Positions 62,806 to 64,000 of a stretch of DNA of 64,000 bases are shown here, in pieces. The stretch comes from Macrostomum lignano (lineage: Eukaryota): contig NIVC01001493.1 of assembly GCA_002269645.1 (NCBI GenBank), positions 124,001 to 188,000 on the forward strand, given 5' to 3'. Each line of letters opens with the position of its first letter. Position 1 is the first letter of the stretch. A program made the translations under genes and the position numbers. The notes under the pieces are model-generated. The model ran no database searches, was not told where the DNA came from, and was given only the letters and a program-made list of their open reading frames with translations.

Positions 62806-62808
62806 GTA

Positions 62809-62889
<81 letters not shown>

Positions 62890-63266
62890 GCCTGTATGTC
62901 TGTCTGTCTCTCTGTCTGTCCCCCATCCATCCCCTGCCCACGCCCCATCCGCAGCTTGAGGAGCAGGCCAGAATGAACCGCGAAGAGTTCAAAGACTTAG
63001 ACGAAGACACCCGCGCCCAGCTGGAAGGCTTCCGGCCGGGCCTGTACGTCAGGCTGGAGCTGACTGGTGTGCCCTGCGAGCTGTCGCGCTACTTCGACCC
63101 GGCCTACCCGCTGATCGTTGGCGGCCTCCTGCCAGGCGAATCGTCGACCGGTTTAATCCGGCTGCGGTTCAAGCACCATCGCTGGTACAAGAAGATCTTA
63201 AAGACCCGCGACCCGCTCGTGTTCTCAGCTGGCTGGCGGCGGTTCCAGTCTATGCCGATTTATTCG
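57192..63266 (+). CDS. BMS1: Ribosome biogenesis GTPase BMS1, first 5 exons (gene continues beyond the window)
   Basis: Exons 57192-58069, 59653-60205, 60426-60866, 61482-61952, 62955-63266. Motifs [78 protein letters not shown]|[30 protein letters not shown]. Confidence 0.96.
58149..59270 (+). mobile_element. Truncated mariner-like element in BMS1 intron 1
   Basis: TA|CGAGGGGTGTCCCAGAAGT is a mariner-type left end. 59094-59270 encodes [33 protein letters not shown], a Mos1-type N-terminal HTH. No right TIR or DDD domain seen. Confidence 0.7.
58199..58652. mobile_element. Foldback MITE (454 bp, ~145-bp inverted arms, TA TSD) nested in the mariner relic
   Basis: TA|TTGGTTGTGTCAGCCTAACTGA...TCAGTTAGGCTGACAAAACCAA|TA; the right arm carries a tandem ~107-bp subrepeat. 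Confidence 0.88.
60255..60394. repeat. 32-bp minisatellite (~4 copies), BMS1 intron 2
   Basis: Unit GAGGCAGACTCAGTGATTATTGGTGGGGCAGA. Confidence 0.92.
60915..61430. repeat. 21-bp minisatellite, BMS1 intron 3
   Basis: Unit TTAGAATCCCAAATTCCTAGT / TTAGAGTCCCAAGTCCCTAGT. Confidence 0.94.
61972..62920. repeat. (CTGT)n tetranucleotide array, BMS1 intron 4
   Basis: ~950 bp of CTGT with an internal ~405-bp duplication. Confidence 0.97.
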
Positions 63267-63404
63267 GTAAGTTATATATATAGTCTCGTTTTATCGTTAA
63301 TTTCCACCGATATGTATCGAGAAACGTTTCTATTACATGTCTGTTTTAACGCATTTAATCAACTATTCAATGTCAAACTAAACAATATGTGTCTGAAAAA
63401 TCAT

Positions 63405-64000
63405 CGCTGAACAGCTTTCAAAATCATATCTTAGCAGTCTTCAAAATCATCAATGAACAGCCTTCAAAATCATCAATGAACAGCCTTCAAAATCATCAAT
63501 GAACAGCCTTCAAAATCATCAATGAACAGCCTTCAAAATCATCAATGAACAGCCTTCAAAATCATCAATGAACAGCCTTCAAAATCATCAATGAACAGCC
63601 TTCAAAATCATCACTTAATAGCCTTCAAAATCGTCAATGAACAGTCTTCAAAATCATCAATAAACAGCCTTCAAAATCATCAATGAACAGCCTTCAAAAT
63701 AATCACTGAACAGCCTTCAAAATAATCACTGAACAGCCGTCAAAATCATCACTGAACAGCCTTCAAAATAATCACTGAACAGCCTTCAAAATAATCACTG
63801 AACAGCCGTCAAAATAATCACTGAACAGCCTTCAAAATCATCACTGAACAGCCTTCAAAATAATCACTAAACAGCCTTCAAAATAATCACTGAACAGCCC
63901 TCAAAATCATCACTGAACAGCCCTCAAAATCATTACTGAACAGCCTTCAAAATCATCAATGAACAGTCTTCAAAATCATCAATGAACAGCCTTCAAAATC
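63405..64000. repeat. 23-bp minisatellite, BMS1 intron 5 (runs off the window)
   Basis: Unit TGAACAGCCTTCAAAATCATCAA. Confidence 0.96.

Noticed and set aside
26100-62959. Long repetitive ORFs (GALAP, LSVC, STHLSDPIYP, SLRVPIL, TTESHYRL, GWGGGC etc.)
   Set aside because: These are translations of intronic or intergenic arrays that lack stops by composition. The flanking exons splice around them in phase.
61473-63410. 645-aa ORF as a single BMS1 exon
   Set aside because: Canonical donor (61953) and acceptor (62954) bracket the (CTGT)n array; the spliced product matches BMS1.
24304-64000. Regularly spaced repeats as CRISPR arrays
   Set aside because: They are head-to-tail tandem units without unique spacers, there are no cas genes, and the context is eukaryotic introns.

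Overview
Eukaryotic (animal) genomic DNA with GT-AG introns. The organism is most likely a flatworm of the Macrostomum type; this is an inference from the very dense intronic minisatellites, the RTE-type LINE fragments and the gene content. The left ~22.9 kb is an accessory, transposon-rich zone. It holds three genes for secreted proteins (a WSC-domain protein cut by the window edge, a PAN/apple + fibrinogen-domain protein, and a protein with an unnamed domain), RTE LINE fragments, tRNA-derived SINEs, several MITEs with clear TSDs, and a 2-kb solo LTR inserted in a minisatellite. The right ~41 kb holds six head-to-tail + strand housekeeping genes: RELCH, ARL13B, STRIP1/2, NDUFB3, a probable TTI2, and BMS1 (runs off the window). 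An antisense C-type-lectin/PAN gene is nested in a STRIP intron, and almost every intron and spacer carries its own tandem-repeat array. The most striking unexplained signal is a ~4.9-kb domain (18108-22980) directly upstream of RELCH that is almost devoid of CpG. It is rich in TAGGCCTA and similar words and overlies nested transposon relics, including a Gypsy gag. Their mutations are C>T/G>A at CpG and apparently also CpA, resembling locally confined methylation-deamination or RIP-like hypermutation. All exon boundaries and counts were made by eye.
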